Source: Candidatus Altimarinota bacterium (GTDB lineage Bacteria > Patescibacteriota > Gracilibacteria > UBA1369). From it: a DNA stretch of 64,000 nt. The notes below the pieces were generated by a model. It saw only the letters and a program-made list of their open reading frames with translations, made no database searches and had not been told where the DNA came from. Where the stretch lies: the NCBI GenBank assembly GCA_041752875.1, contig JBGSVP010000003.1, positions 122,803 to 186,802 on the forward strand, written 5' to 3'. Both the position numbers and the translations under genes were made by a program. Shown here one piece after another: positions 10,425-20,125 of this stretch (position 1 is its first letter; every line of letters begins with the position of its first letter).

Positions 10425-11570
10425 TTATGTGTAGCCTAGTTTAGTACATCTGCCTGTGCCGTCGTAACTATTAACTTCGTTATAGACACGGCTTGTAACT
10501 GTCGTCTGTAATGTTATCGTCGGTACCTGTCCGGCAAAGTTAAGAAGCTCGCTTTGTGCCGGTTGCAGAGAAAGAACCACGGTGACATGTGGCTGTTGCT
10601 GGATCGCTTTGCTGATGTCGGTTTCCGCGAAGGCTTTTCTGGGGTCTTCCACGGGGGAAACATAAAAGCGCAGGGAGACGACTTTTGTCCTTAATGGAGT
10701 TAGAGGGATAAACCCCTTATATCCGCTCGTGTCATTGGCAAGAAATAAAGTCTCTTCAAGACTACCTATTCCGCTCAAACTGCAATCGAAATTAGCCGCG
10801 CAATAGAAATCGGTGGGTAAGTTCTTAGGAGAAAACCAGTCATCGTATATCCCGTCTATGGGATCTGTATCCTTACCTTCGATTTTGACTATAGCCACCG
10901 ACGAAGAAGGATTTAAATCGGGATCGTTAACTTCTTTGGTCGCTATTATGGTCTTTGTCTGTCCGCTCGGATCGATAAGGTATAGGTGATTTTTCTTATA
11001 GAAATCGACACCTGTACAGTTTGTTGTTGCTGGTGGAACAGTTGAAGTGTTACCGAATTTTACGTCACAATATGCATTTGCCATGTTTTCGACAGGGGCG
11101 GGAGTATAGATAGTGGTTCCCGCATAAGGATTCTGCCCAGTATTAATATCAAGAGTATTTTTGTTGATTATACAACAGGGGTTTATCTTGGGGTCGCTCC
11201 CGTTTGTACACAATGCCCCTAAACCGCCCAGGTTAGGGCCGCCCGTTCCCGGATAGTAGAACCTGTCCGCGTAACATCCGTAATCGGTGCCAAAATTGGA
11301 TGAAGGTCCGTTAGTAGCCTTGTTATAATATTCTTCATAATCGACGGTGTTCATCCTTATCTCACGGGAAATTCTTTCCATCATATACCTGGCATCTTCA
11401 TAAAGTGCGTTTTCCAGCGAGAGCCTTCTTTGTATCCTCATTATGTCCGTAAACACCATGGCCCCGATGGTCGTCGCAACAGTGAATATAGCCGTGGCAA
11501 TCAGTACTTCTACAAGAGTAAAAGCTTTTCTGGCGGACTTTATCCTGATTTTCTTAACCGGTAAGTTCAT
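10425..11570 (-). CDS. PilW-like type IV minor pilin (prepilin-type N-terminal cleavage/methylation domain)
   Basis: ARKA|FTLVEVLIATAIFTVATTIGAMVF is a class III signal peptide with Glu at +5. 381 aa, third gene of the operon. Confidence 0.75.
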   Translation of the reverse strand: MNLPVKKIRIKSARKAFTLVEVLIATAIFTVATTIGAMVFTDIMRIQRRLSLENALYEDARYMMERISREIRMNTVDYEEYYNKATNGPSSNFGTDYGCYADRFYYPGTGGPNLGGLGALCTNGSDPKINPCCIINKNTLDINTGQNPYAGTTIYTPAPVENMANAYCDVKFGNTSTVPPATTNCTGVDFYKKNHLYLIDPSGQTKTIIATKEVNDPDLNPSSSVAIVKIEGKDTDPIDGIYDDWFSPKNLPTDFYCAANFDCSLSGIGSLEETLFLANDTSGYKGFIPLTPLRTKVVSLRFYVSPVEDPRKAFAETDISKAIQQQPHVTVVLSLQPAQSELLNFAGQVPTITLQTTVTSRVYNEVNSYDGTGRCTKLGYT

Positions 11571-11592
11571 GTATGATTAGTGTTTGTCACCG

Positions 11593-12327
11593 TTACGGGG
11601 ATACTTTTATCTTGTTATAGTTTGTCAGTATAGAACTGATCTGTATTCTTCTGGCCAAAGACCCTTCTTTCCATTGCACAAGGCATTTGACAAGCATGGA
11701 TTCCGCACCGTCCGGAGTGATTGCCCCCATATAGTCGATGCTTACCATTCTGTAGAATAGGCTGGAACCGTTATCTGTTACCGGTGAAACAATGGAAGCA
11801 ATAGTGTTGGCGGAAACCATAAGGTCCCGGTTTGGCGAGCCATCCATGGATATATAATTGAGAAGATAATTACGGTCATTGTTCGAGACAGTTACTCCGG
11901 TCTGTATTTTAAGGGGATTAGTCGTGTTTTGTGTTAAAGTCCATCCCATATTTAAAGGATTGAGATCTATGGTGTAGTTACCTTCAGCCATAAGATTAGT
12001 GACTTCTTTACAGTCGCTGCCCGCCGGCTGTTCAGGCCTCATGTTCCAACAGTTTTCTTTGTCATAACTGAACTTGAGCCAGTTGTTGTCGCGTATGTTG
12101 CGGACGGCTTCTATTCCTTCCACCGCCAGGTTCAATGCCAGCAGATTGTTTCTGCTGAAGATATTTGATTGTGTAGAGTTTACAATCAGGTTTGTAGCCA
12201 CTCCGGATCCCAAAGCCAGTATAAAAACAGCCATCAACACTTCCAGCAGAGAGTCGCCGCGTTTATTTCGTTCCGGTCTGTGATTTTTAGTTCCGCTTTT
12301 CATGGGGAAATTTATTACGGCGTGCAA
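11593..12327 (-). CDS. PilV-like type IV minor pilin
   Basis: KRG|DSLLEVLMAVFILALGSGVATNLIV is a prepilin-like leader with Glu at +5. The gene overlaps the upstream gene by 13 nt. The start could instead be the internal Met of MKSGTK. Confidence 0.7.
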   Translation of the reverse strand: MHAVINFPMKSGTKNHRPERNKRGDSLLEVLMAVFILALGSGVATNLIVNSTQSNIFSRNNLLALNLAVEGIEAVRNIRDNNWLKFSYDKENCWNMRPEQPAGSDCKEVTNLMAEGNYTIDLNPLNMGWTLTQNTTNPLKIQTGVTVSNNDRNYLLNYISMDGSPNRDLMVSANTIASIVSPVTDNGSSLFYRMVSIDYMGAITPDGAESMLVKCLVQWKEGSLARRIQISSILTNYNKIKVSP

Positions 12328-12971
12328 GTAACATCTTCAGGTACTCCTGCGATTATGTTTATCCGGAAACATCTCTTCCTGGTCCCGGGAGAAGCTTCCG
12401 ATATGTCGAAATTAAGAAAATATGTCGAAGCGGCCAGCCCCGCATCAAAAGATGCATCCGCGAATATAGGGGAGAAAAGTATCGTCTTGGTGGTAACGGG
12501 GGTGGAATATATCATAATCGTCGGATCAAAAGAAAACCTTTCCAGAATGATGTCTTTGCCTGCTTCATAAGTTCCGATAACAGAAGAAACCGGGGCATCA
12601 TATTTACCTTCATTAGTGGAACCATGCAAATCCGCGAAAAGTATGACCTGGCTGGGATTGATTTTTGTCGGACTGGGGACGATATTGAAAAAAACTCCGA
12701 AATTTACTGGAGTCACAGCATCTATAATAGATCCATTTTTGTTGTAGTCGGTATAGTCGGTCATCGCCTTGCCCGTAACAGCGTAAGACCTTGCCAGACG
12801 CACAAGCGCCAGTGTACGTCCGTATGAATTTGTGAACATTAAAGATTTTGTTGAACTTATGGACGAATTGATTGTCGCGGCCATGAACATCACCATCAGA
12901 AACACCACTAATATTATTTCAATTAGAGTGAAGCCGCTTTTCGCATTTAATTCATTTTTTTGTTTTTGCAT
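12315..12971 (-). CDS. FimT/FimU/GspH-like type IV minor pilin
   Basis: AKSG|FTLIEIILVVFLMVMFMAAT is a canonical G/FTLIE prepilin cleavage and methylation motif. First gene of the operon. Confidence 0.8.
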   Translation of the reverse strand: MQKQKNELNAKSGFTLIEIILVVFLMVMFMAATINSSISSTKSLMFTNSYGRTLALVRLARSYAVTGKAMTDYTDYNKNGSIIDAVTPVNFGVFFNIVPSPTKINPSQVILFADLHGSTNEGKYDAPVSSVIGTYEAGKDIILERFSFDPTIMIYSTPVTTKTILFSPIFADASFDAGLAASTYFLNFDISEASPGTRKRCFRINIIAGVPEDVTCTP

Positions 12972-13035
12972 GAGTTTAACTCGATTACTATATAGATTAT
13001 ACCAGTAATCACGCCAAATATCACTTGTAATTTAT

Positions 13036-15510
13036 CTAAGCCACCACGAAGTTGACCATTCTGCCGGGTACGTATATTTCTTTAAGGACCTTGTTCCCGT
13101 CAAGAAACTTGGCCACATTATCGACCGCGCGGGCTTTAGCCAGAATGTCTTCCTTAGCCGCGTCCGCCGGTACTTCGATTTGACCACGCAGTCTTCCGTT
13201 TACCTGTACCGGCAACAAAAAGGTGTCTTCCGCCAAAAGAGCCTCATAATATTCCGGCCATTGCTGGTCAAAAACACTGAATTTTCCTCCGACATGTTCC
13301 CAAAGCTCTTCGGCCAGATGCGGAGCCAAAGGTGCTATCAAAAGTATCAGCCTGCGCCTTGATTCCTCATCTATTCCGTTCTTGTTCGCAAAATTCACGA
13401 ATTCCATCAGCGCGGAGATTGCGGTATTGAAATGGAACTTTTCGATGTCTTCGGTCACTTTCTTTACGGTCTTGTTGATAGCCTTTGTTATAGCGGTTTT
13501 GTCGGTAGTGAATTCGTTGGATTTCGCCAAAAGGTATAATTTTTCCACAAAGCGCGCTATGCCTGTGATTCCCTGGTCGTTCCAGTCTCCGCCGTCACTG
13601 AAAGGCCCCATGAACATCAGATACATCCTGAATACGTCACTTCCGTATTTCTCCACGAAAGCATCGGGACTGACCACATTTCCTTTGGATTTGGACATCT
13701 TTGCCCCGTCTTTGGTTATCATTCCCTGGTGGATAAGCCGTTTGAAAGGCTCATCGAAACCTATATGCCCGAGGTCACGCAGTACCATGGTGAAGAATCT
13801 GGCATAAAGCAGATGCATACAGGCGTGTTCGGGGCCACCCACATACATGTCCACAGGCAGCCATTTCTTCGTCAGTTCGGGGTCGAAAGGTGAATCTTTC
13901 AGATTTGCCGAAGGATAACGTAAAAAATACCAGCTGGAATCGACAAAAGTATCCATCGTGTCGACTTCTCTGGTCGCGGGGCCTCCGCAATCGGGACATT
14001 TTGTGTGAACAAAGCTCGGGACGGTATTCAAAGGGCTTTTTCCGTCGCCTTTTGGAGTGAAATCTACATCTCTCGGTAATTCGACAGGCAAATCTTCCTC
14101 CGGAACCGGAACTTCACCGCATTTTTCGCAGTAGACTATGGGAATAGGTGTTCCCCAGTATCGCTGGCGGGAAACCAGCCAGTCACGCAGTTTGTAGTTG
14201 ATGTTAAAGTCCGCATAACCTTTCTCTTTCAGATACTCCGTAATCTTCACACGGGCATCTTCCGATGTCATACCGCTGAATCCTTCCGAATTAACGAGTA
14301 CGCCATCTTCGGTAAAAGCGCCTTTTTCCAGTATTTTTGATACTTCTATTATGAGTTCGGCTTCCGCGACCTCTTTTGATTTATGGGAGCGTTCGTCATC
14401 GTGCCCGTGAGCTATCACCGGCATAATAGGCAGACCGTATTTTACGGCAAAGGCATGGTCTCGTTCATCATGGGCGGGAACGGCCATCACAGCACCTGTT
14501 CCATATGTGATCAGTACATAATCGGCAATCCAGACGGGAATAAGTTTTCCGTTTACCGGATTTATGGCATAGGCTCCGGTTTCCACACCCGTCTTGGGCC
14601 TTTCGGTCGAAGAACGGTCGATATCCGTCGCGTGACGCGCCTTTTCCATGTAATCCTTAACGTTTTCAATATGTTTATCCGAAGTTATCTTCGGAACCAT
14701 ATCATGCTCTGGCGCCAAAACAACATAAGTCGCCCCGAAAAGTGTGTCGATTCTCGTAGTAAAGACATTTACCTTGTTTCCGGTAGTATTTCCTTCGCTA
14801 TCGGCCAGTTCGAAAGTTATCTCGCTTCCTGTACTCTTCCCGATCCAGTGTCTTTGCATCAGCTTGGTCTTTTCCGGCCAGTCCAGCCCTTCGAAGTTCA
14901 GCAGCTTTTCCGCATATTTCCTGATATTGAAGAACCACTGGGTCAAATCCTTCTTTGTGACTTCGTGCTTGCATCGTTCGCAATGACCGTCTTCCACCTG
15001 TTCGTTAGCCAGCACTGTCTGACAGGATGGACACCAGTTTACGGGGGCCTTTTTCTTGTAAGCCAGACCGTTCTTATAGAGTTGAAGAAATATCCACTGT
15101 GTCCATCTGTAATATATCGGGTCGGAAGTGACGACTTCGCGGCTGAAATCGTACATCGCTCCCATTTCCGTGAGCTGTTTCCGCATATGCCCTATGTTGT
15201 CAGCGATGCTTATCGTGGGATGGACGCCATGCTTGATAGCGTAGTTCTCCGCCGGAAGACCGAAACTGTCGTAACCCTGCGGTTCGAATACATTATAACC
15301 CTTCATCCTCATATATCTGCCCCAGGAATCGGCAGGAGCAAAATTATACCAGTGCCCGATATGCAGCTTATCCCCCGAAGGATACGGAAACATCACCAGA
15401 TTGTAGTATTTGGGCTTGCTTGTGCTATCAAGGTCGGTTCTGTGAATCTGTGTTTCGGTCCATTTCTTTTGCCATTTCTTCTCGGTGGCGACGGGGTCAT
15501 ATAAAGGCAT
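13036..15510 (-). CDS. leuS: Leucyl-tRNA synthetase
   Basis: 824 aa with a HIGH-type motif (PSGDKLHIGH), KMSKS, an editing-domain insertion and zinc-finger-like CPSC...CERC. Confidence 0.95.
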   Translation of the reverse strand: MPLYDPVATEKKWQKKWTETQIHRTDLDSTSKPKYYNLVMFPYPSGDKLHIGHWYNFAPADSWGRYMRMKGYNVFEPQGYDSFGLPAENYAIKHGVHPTISIADNIGHMRKQLTEMGAMYDFSREVVTSDPIYYRWTQWIFLQLYKNGLAYKKKAPVNWCPSCQTVLANEQVEDGHCERCKHEVTKKDLTQWFFNIRKYAEKLLNFEGLDWPEKTKLMQRHWIGKSTGSEITFELADSEGNTTGNKVNVFTTRIDTLFGATYVVLAPEHDMVPKITSDKHIENVKDYMEKARHATDIDRSSTERPKTGVETGAYAINPVNGKLIPVWIADYVLITYGTGAVMAVPAHDERDHAFAVKYGLPIMPVIAHGHDDERSHKSKEVAEAELIIEVSKILEKGAFTEDGVLVNSEGFSGMTSEDARVKITEYLKEKGYADFNINYKLRDWLVSRQRYWGTPIPIVYCEKCGEVPVPEEDLPVELPRDVDFTPKGDGKSPLNTVPSFVHTKCPDCGGPATREVDTMDTFVDSSWYFLRYPSANLKDSPFDPELTKKWLPVDMYVGGPEHACMHLLYARFFTMVLRDLGHIGFDEPFKRLIHQGMITKDGAKMSKSKGNVVSPDAFVEKYGSDVFRMYLMFMGPFSDGGDWNDQGITGIARFVEKLYLLAKSNEFTTDKTAITKAINKTVKKVTEDIEKFHFNTAISALMEFVNFANKNGIDEESRRRLILLIAPLAPHLAEELWEHVGGKFSVFDQQWPEYYEALLAEDTFLLPVQVNGRLRGQIEVPADAAKEDILAKARAVDNVAKFLDGNKVLKEIYVPGRMVNFVVA

Positions 15511-15564
15511 GCTTTTTTTCTTAAGGACTGAAAAAATATAGTTCCGCGCGATGGAAAGTACAAG

Positions 15565-15593
15565 TTGACAAACGGATAAAAATGTTATATTAT
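15565..15593 (+). promoter_or_regulatory. Sigma70-like promoter for the 15647 gene
   Basis: TTGACA (15565-15570), a 17-nt spacer, then TATTAT (15588-15593), about 50 nt upstream of the ATG. Confidence 0.5.
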
Positions 15594-15646
15594 GTTACGA
15601 TAAACGGGAAAAAGACTGAAACGGAGCAAATATAACCACAAATATT

Positions 15647-16282
15647 ATGAAAAACATCACGAAAATGCTGAAACTGAATCAGAATGTAGTGATTGTTGCT
15701 ATTGGACTTTTTCTTGTCTCGTTCACCGCACTGATGTTCGTATTGAATTTCTCCGATAAGCATGATGGGAATGAACTCAAAACCACTGTTTTCGGAAGCT
15801 CATCGCCGGAACACATGGAAGAAAAAACGGTAGATATTGATTATAAGAAGTATACACACAATAGCGAAGATCCATATCTGGTATTGCGCAATGACGGAAC
15901 GATTTACCATTTAAGTGAAGGTTACAGGGCTCTGGAAGGTTTCGAGTCCGGAGAAATAGAAAACAAGCTTTTCTTCACTATGATAAAGATGGAAGATTTG
16001 GTCTCTTTCATGGCTTCGTTCGGCAAGGCTTTAGCCAGGGAACAGGAGATAGGTCTGGTAGGTCCGTACAGGCTAAAGAACAATAGCGGGCAGTACCATT
16101 ACATGGTCAGTTCAATGTACCCGATAGTCACGGAAGGCAAGGTAAGTCTGATAATAGTAACGGTAAAAAACATAAGTAAAGACCTGGACAACAAAAAAGA
16201 ATCCGGCAGTCAGCAGTCGGAAGGGAGCCAGGAAGCAAAAATATACGGTCCAAGCCAGCAGATTGCGTTCGTTAATCATTAG
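15647..16282 (+). CDS. Membrane-anchored hypothetical protein with PAS-like C-terminal domain
   Basis: N-terminal TM helix VVIVAIGLFLVSFTALMFVL. The C-terminal ~110 aa resemble a PAS fold (YLVLRNDGTIYHLSEGYRALEGF...GPYRLKNNSGQYHYM), but the assignment is weak. Confidence 0.5.
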   Translation: MKNITKMLKLNQNVVIVAIGLFLVSFTALMFVLNFSDKHDGNELKTTVFGSSSPEHMEEKTVDIDYKKYTHNSEDPYLVLRNDGTIYHLSEGYRALEGFESGEIENKLFFTMIKMEDLVSFMASFGKALAREQEIGLVGPYRLKNNSGQYHYMVSSMYPIVTEGKVSLIIVTVKNISKDLDNKKESGSQQSEGSQEAKIYGPSQQIAFVNH

Positions 16283-17280
16283 GCTTCAGGCTTTTCCAGT
16301 TTTTCGACCCTGTCTTTCAAATCCTTCACGACCTCGGCCTTTTCGTCTTTTGGCATGCCCCTTGCCGTATATTCAGGAGTGTTTGTCAGTTCCAGAAATG
16401 TAAAAGTCCACACCGTCGCCGCGAAGACATGGATAGTCCCGCTAAGATAAGCCGCAATATAAAGGAGAGTCATACCAAGTCCCAGTCCTACCGCAATACC
16501 GACCACTTCGAGACTGGCAAGAGTAAAAAAGTAAATGGAAGCGAAAATCGCCAAAGGAATCAACATTACAAATACGATCTGCATGATTATCCTTAAGCTT
16601 ATGATGGCCATGAGTATCGAAAGCATAAGCGTTTCGCTGAAATGTTTCACCACGAGTTGTGAACTTTTCGACACGGATTCTATTACTTTGGTGTCATCGA
16701 TGACGATAAAGAACTCGGTATATGTGAAAAGAAGAGTTAGAGTGATTGCCACTAATGTGAATACTATAAATACAGGGGAAAGTGTTTGTAGCGCCTCCAG
16801 TCCGAGATTACGCGCTATGGTAGATATGGTCCCCAGAATAGAAACAAGACTGAATGTCCTTACCAGCCATGAATAATCGAACATCGGAAGAAAACTCCAA
16901 AGACCGTATTTTATGCCGTCAAAAGTCTTTACTTCCTGGCCGTTCTTTTTTCGCGCTATCATTTGTATGATAGCTCCTTCGCAGATGGGCGGAATAAATA
17001 TATACAATAGGACGATGACTATACCAGCCACAATAAAAGGGATTAGTGATGAGATGTTGTCCCTGAAAGTATCCACCACTGTGGTTATTGCCATATACCC
17101 AAAACTTGTACTCCAGTTTTCGAATAGCGGAGAGCTTTTGAAAGCGTAAAACTGATATGATACATATATTATTCCCGCCAGTATGGAAAGAAGGGACGGC
17201 AGAAACGTGTACCACAGAATCATCCGCTTGTTGTTCTGCGTGAATTCCCAGGCTTCACCTATTATCTTCCGGTGTTCCAT
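16279..17280 (-). CDS. Polytopic membrane protein, function unknown
   Basis: 333 aa with at least six hydrophobic helices and a charged C-terminal tail. Its stop overlaps the stop of the convergent 15647 gene by 4 nt. Confidence 0.6.
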   Translation of the reverse strand: MEHRKIIGEAWEFTQNNKRMILWYTFLPSLLSILAGIIYVSYQFYAFKSSPLFENWSTSFGYMAITTVVDTFRDNISSLIPFIVAGIVIVLLYIFIPPICEGAIIQMIARKKNGQEVKTFDGIKYGLWSFLPMFDYSWLVRTFSLVSILGTISTIARNLGLEALQTLSPVFIVFTLVAITLTLLFTYTEFFIVIDDTKVIESVSKSSQLVVKHFSETLMLSILMAIISLRIIMQIVFVMLIPLAIFASIYFFTLASLEVVGIAVGLGLGMTLLYIAAYLSGTIHVFAATVWTFTFLELTNTPEYTARGMPKDEKAEVVKDLKDRVEKLEKPEA

Positions 17281-17389
17281 ATCGTTGATATGCTAAAATA
17301 CGGACGTGCCTTATATTAGTCCATTAATAACACCTTGCCAAGGAGCAGAATATTTGATAATCTTTACCCCGAACTTTTTACTTTTTGAA

Positions 17390-17653
17390 ATGAAGCGAGC
17401 ACAGAAAAAAACAATCATCAAATCGTACGCGGTCCACCCGAAAGACACAGGTTCCCCGCAGGTACAGGTAGCAATCCTTACGGAAAGGATCAATCAGCTT
17501 TCCAAGCATCTGGAAGAGCACAACAAAGATAACCATTCCAGAAGGGGCCTGCTCATGATGGTGGGTAAGAGAAGAAAACTTCTCAATTACCTCCGTCTGA
17601 ACGCGAAAGACGATTACGAAACTCTCCTCGGGAAACTACAATTACGCAAATAA
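17390..17653 (+). CDS. rpsO: 30S ribosomal protein S15
   Basis: [68 protein letters not shown] moved the start to the internal ATG at 17390, because the track ORF carries a 28-codon non-homologous extension. Confidence 0.9.
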   Translation: MKRAQKKTIIKSYAVHPKDTGSPQVQVAILTERINQLSKHLEEHNKDNHSRRGLLMMVGKRRKLLNYLRLNAKDDYETLLGKLQLRK

Positions 17654-17659
17654 TCATAG

Positions 17660-17686
17660 GTCGCCCGAGAGGGCGACTTATTTTTT
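17660..17686 (+). terminator. Intrinsic terminator after rpsO
   Basis: GTCGCCC-gaga-GGGCGAC hairpin followed by TTATTTTTT. Confidence 0.8.
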
Positions 17687-17822
17687 CCTCCCGATTGGAA
17701 GCATGAAGTCGCAAGTTACAGGTCAGAACGGATAGGTATTATCAGCTCCGACTTGTCACTTGGGCTCACGGCAGCCAAAAGGGGGGTAATAACAATTACC
17801 ATTAACCCCTTTATACATAAAT

Positions 17823-19958
17823 ATGGAAAAACAGACATTTAGGATGGACCTTGCCGGCAGGGAACTGAAAATCGAAACCGGTCTTTTGGCAAACCAGTCG
17901 CACGGAGCCGTAACAGTAAGCCTCGGCGAAACGGTAGTTTTCGCTAGCGCCACGATGGGAGGCGTACGTGAAGGAACGGATTTCTTCCCGTTGACGGTCG
18001 ATTATGAAGATAAGTTCTATGCCGCGGGCAAGATCAAAGGCAGCCGTTTCATCAAACGTGAGGGAAGGCCTTCGGAAAAAGCGATTTTGACGAGCCGTCT
18101 TATTGATAGGCCGGTACGTCCGCTCTTCCCGAAAGGGATGGTCAATGACGTACAGCTTATATGTACAGCTTTATCTGCGGATTTGGAGGTGGATCCGGGA
18201 ACTACGGCTCTCATTGCCGCTTCAGCCGCCCTAAGTATTTCCGGAATGCCTTTTCATGGACCGGTCGGCGCAGTCAGGGTAGGTTTGGTGAAGGATGAGG
18301 GAGGAGAAGAAAAGTTGATTATCAACCCGACATACGCACAGATCGAAAATGGACGTCTTGACCTTGTTGTCGCCGGTACAGCAGAAGCCATAACTATGGT
18401 CGAAGCGGCAGCGAACGAAGTCACTGAAGACATCATGCTGAAAGCTCTGGACATGGCCCATGAAGAGATCAAGAAAATCTGCGCTCTTCAGAAGAGCTTT
18501 ATCGAAGTCTATAAGAAACCTGAAAAAGAAGTCACTATGGTGGCCAGTTTGGATGAGGTAAAAAAGCTGGTGACCGATTCCATTACTAAAGAGATGATGG
18601 ACGGAGTGACCGGAAAGACGAAGGGTGAGGTAAAGGACAAGATCCACGCTCTGGAAGACATGTTGATAGAAAAATATAAGGAACAGATAGAAGCATGCAC
18701 ATTGACCGAAAGAAAGTTGAAAGAGTCATTGTTGTATCTACTCGAACAGAACATGCGCAACAATATCCTTGAAAAAGAACAGAGACTTGATGGCCGCGGA
18801 ATAGATGAGATAAGGCAGATAACCTGCACGGTGGGAATATTGCCAAGACCGCACGGGTCGGCTCTTTTTCAGCGCGGTGAAACACAGGCATTGAGCATCA
18901 CGACATTGGGTGCTCCGGGGGCCGCACAGATAGTCGATTCCATGGATGAAGACGAAGTGAAACGCTTTATGCACCACTACAACTTTCCTCCATATTCCGT
19001 CGGAGAAGTTAAGCCTTTAAGAGGACCTTCACGCCGCGATATAGGACATGGGGATTTGGCGGAAAGGGCACTGTTGCCGGTAATACCCGATAAGGAAAAC
19101 TTTCCTTATACCATCTGGGTCGTTTCGGAAATATTCTCCTGCAACGGTTCGAGTTCGATGGCTTCGGTTTGCGGATCGACTCTCTCTTTGATGCACGCCG
19201 GCGTTCCTATCAGAAAACCGGTTGCCGGTATCGCCATGGGACTGGTTTCCCGCGATAAGGATATCAGCAAGGGATATAAGATTCTTACGGACATTCAGGG
19301 AATGGAAGATTTTGCCGGAGACATGGATTTCAAGGTCGCCGGTACACGTGACGGTATTAATGCACTGCAGATGGATATAAAAGTAAAAGGACTCTCATTG
19401 GAGGTTTTGAAAGAGGCGCTGGAAAGGGCCAAGAATGCTCGCAATTTTCTTATCGATAAGATAGTCGAATGCATTCCCGCTCCGAACAAGGAACTTTCAA
19501 AATACGCTCCTTTGATCATGAAGATAAAGATCAATCCTGAACTTATTAAGATCGTTATTGGAAAAGGAGGAGAAACCATTCAGAAGATTACCGCCGAATG
19601 TGGTGTCGAAATGGATATAGAGCAGGACGGGTTGGTCATGATAACCGCAAAAGACCAGGTCAGCGGACAGAAAGCGGTGGACTGGGTCAATCGCCTTACT
19701 TACATACCCAACATCGGCGATGTGTTTGAAGGCAAGGTAGTACGCATCATGGACTTCGGCGCGTTCGTGGAATTCCTTCCGGGCAAAGACGGACTGGTAC
19801 ATATTTCCCAGTTGGCATTCAACCGCGTGAACAAAGTGGAAGATGTGGTCAAACTGGGTGACACCATCAAGGTAAAACTGATGGAGGTTGATGACCAGGG
19901 TCGCTACAATCTTTCACATAAGGCGACTTTGGAATATAAATCGGGGGCTAACCAATAG
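17823..19958 (+). CDS. pnp: Polyribonucleotide nucleotidyltransferase (PNPase)
   Basis: 711 aa with two RNase PH domains, then KH and S1 domains (GDVFEGKVVRIMDFGAFVEFLPGKDGLVHISQL). The rpsO-pnp gene order is conserved. Confidence 0.95.
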   Translation: MEKQTFRMDLAGRELKIETGLLANQSHGAVTVSLGETVVFASATMGGVREGTDFFPLTVDYEDKFYAAGKIKGSRFIKREGRPSEKAILTSRLIDRPVRPLFPKGMVNDVQLICTALSADLEVDPGTTALIAASAALSISGMPFHGPVGAVRVGLVKDEGGEEKLIINPTYAQIENGRLDLVVAGTAEAITMVEAAANEVTEDIMLKALDMAHEEIKKICALQKSFIEVYKKPEKEVTMVASLDEVKKLVTDSITKEMMDGVTGKTKGEVKDKIHALEDMLIEKYKEQIEACTLTERKLKESLLYLLEQNMRNNILEKEQRLDGRGIDEIRQITCTVGILPRPHGSALFQRGETQALSITTLGAPGAAQIVDSMDEDEVKRFMHHYNFPPYSVGEVKPLRGPSRRDIGHGDLAERALLPVIPDKENFPYTIWVVSEIFSCNGSSSMASVCGSTLSLMHAGVPIRKPVAGIAMGLVSRDKDISKGYKILTDIQGMEDFAGDMDFKVAGTRDGINALQMDIKVKGLSLEVLKEALERAKNARNFLIDKIVECIPAPNKELSKYAPLIMKIKINPELIKIVIGKGGETIQKITAECGVEMDIEQDGLVMITAKDQVSGQKAVDWVNRLTYIPNIGDVFEGKVVRIMDFGAFVEFLPGKDGLVHISQLAFNRVNKVEDVVKLGDTIKVKLMEVDDQGRYNLSHKATLEYKSGANQ

Positions 19959-19984
19959 ACAAAGTTTAACGATTAAAAAAAAGA

Positions 19985-20016
19985 GCGGTCCGTTTCTCAT
20001 GGGCCGCTTTTTTATT
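19985..20016 (+). terminator. Intrinsic terminator after pnp
   Basis: GCGGTCC-gtttctcat-GGGCCGC hairpin followed by TTTTTTATTT and preceded by an A-tract, so it may work in both directions. Confidence 0.7.
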
Positions 20017-20125
20017 TGTTTGATTATCTATAATAAACAAGATAGTTGTAATGGAATAACTGTTAGATTGTTAATTAGCTGCCAATATGTCATAATATAA
20101 TGATTTTGTTTTAGTAATTGCGACC

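Noticed and set aside
14383-15504. 373-aa plus-strand ORF
   Set aside because: It lies entirely antisense to leuS, which has unambiguous synthetase motifs. The translation is low-complexity and Arg/Ser/Phe-rich with no motifs, as expected for a shadow ORF.
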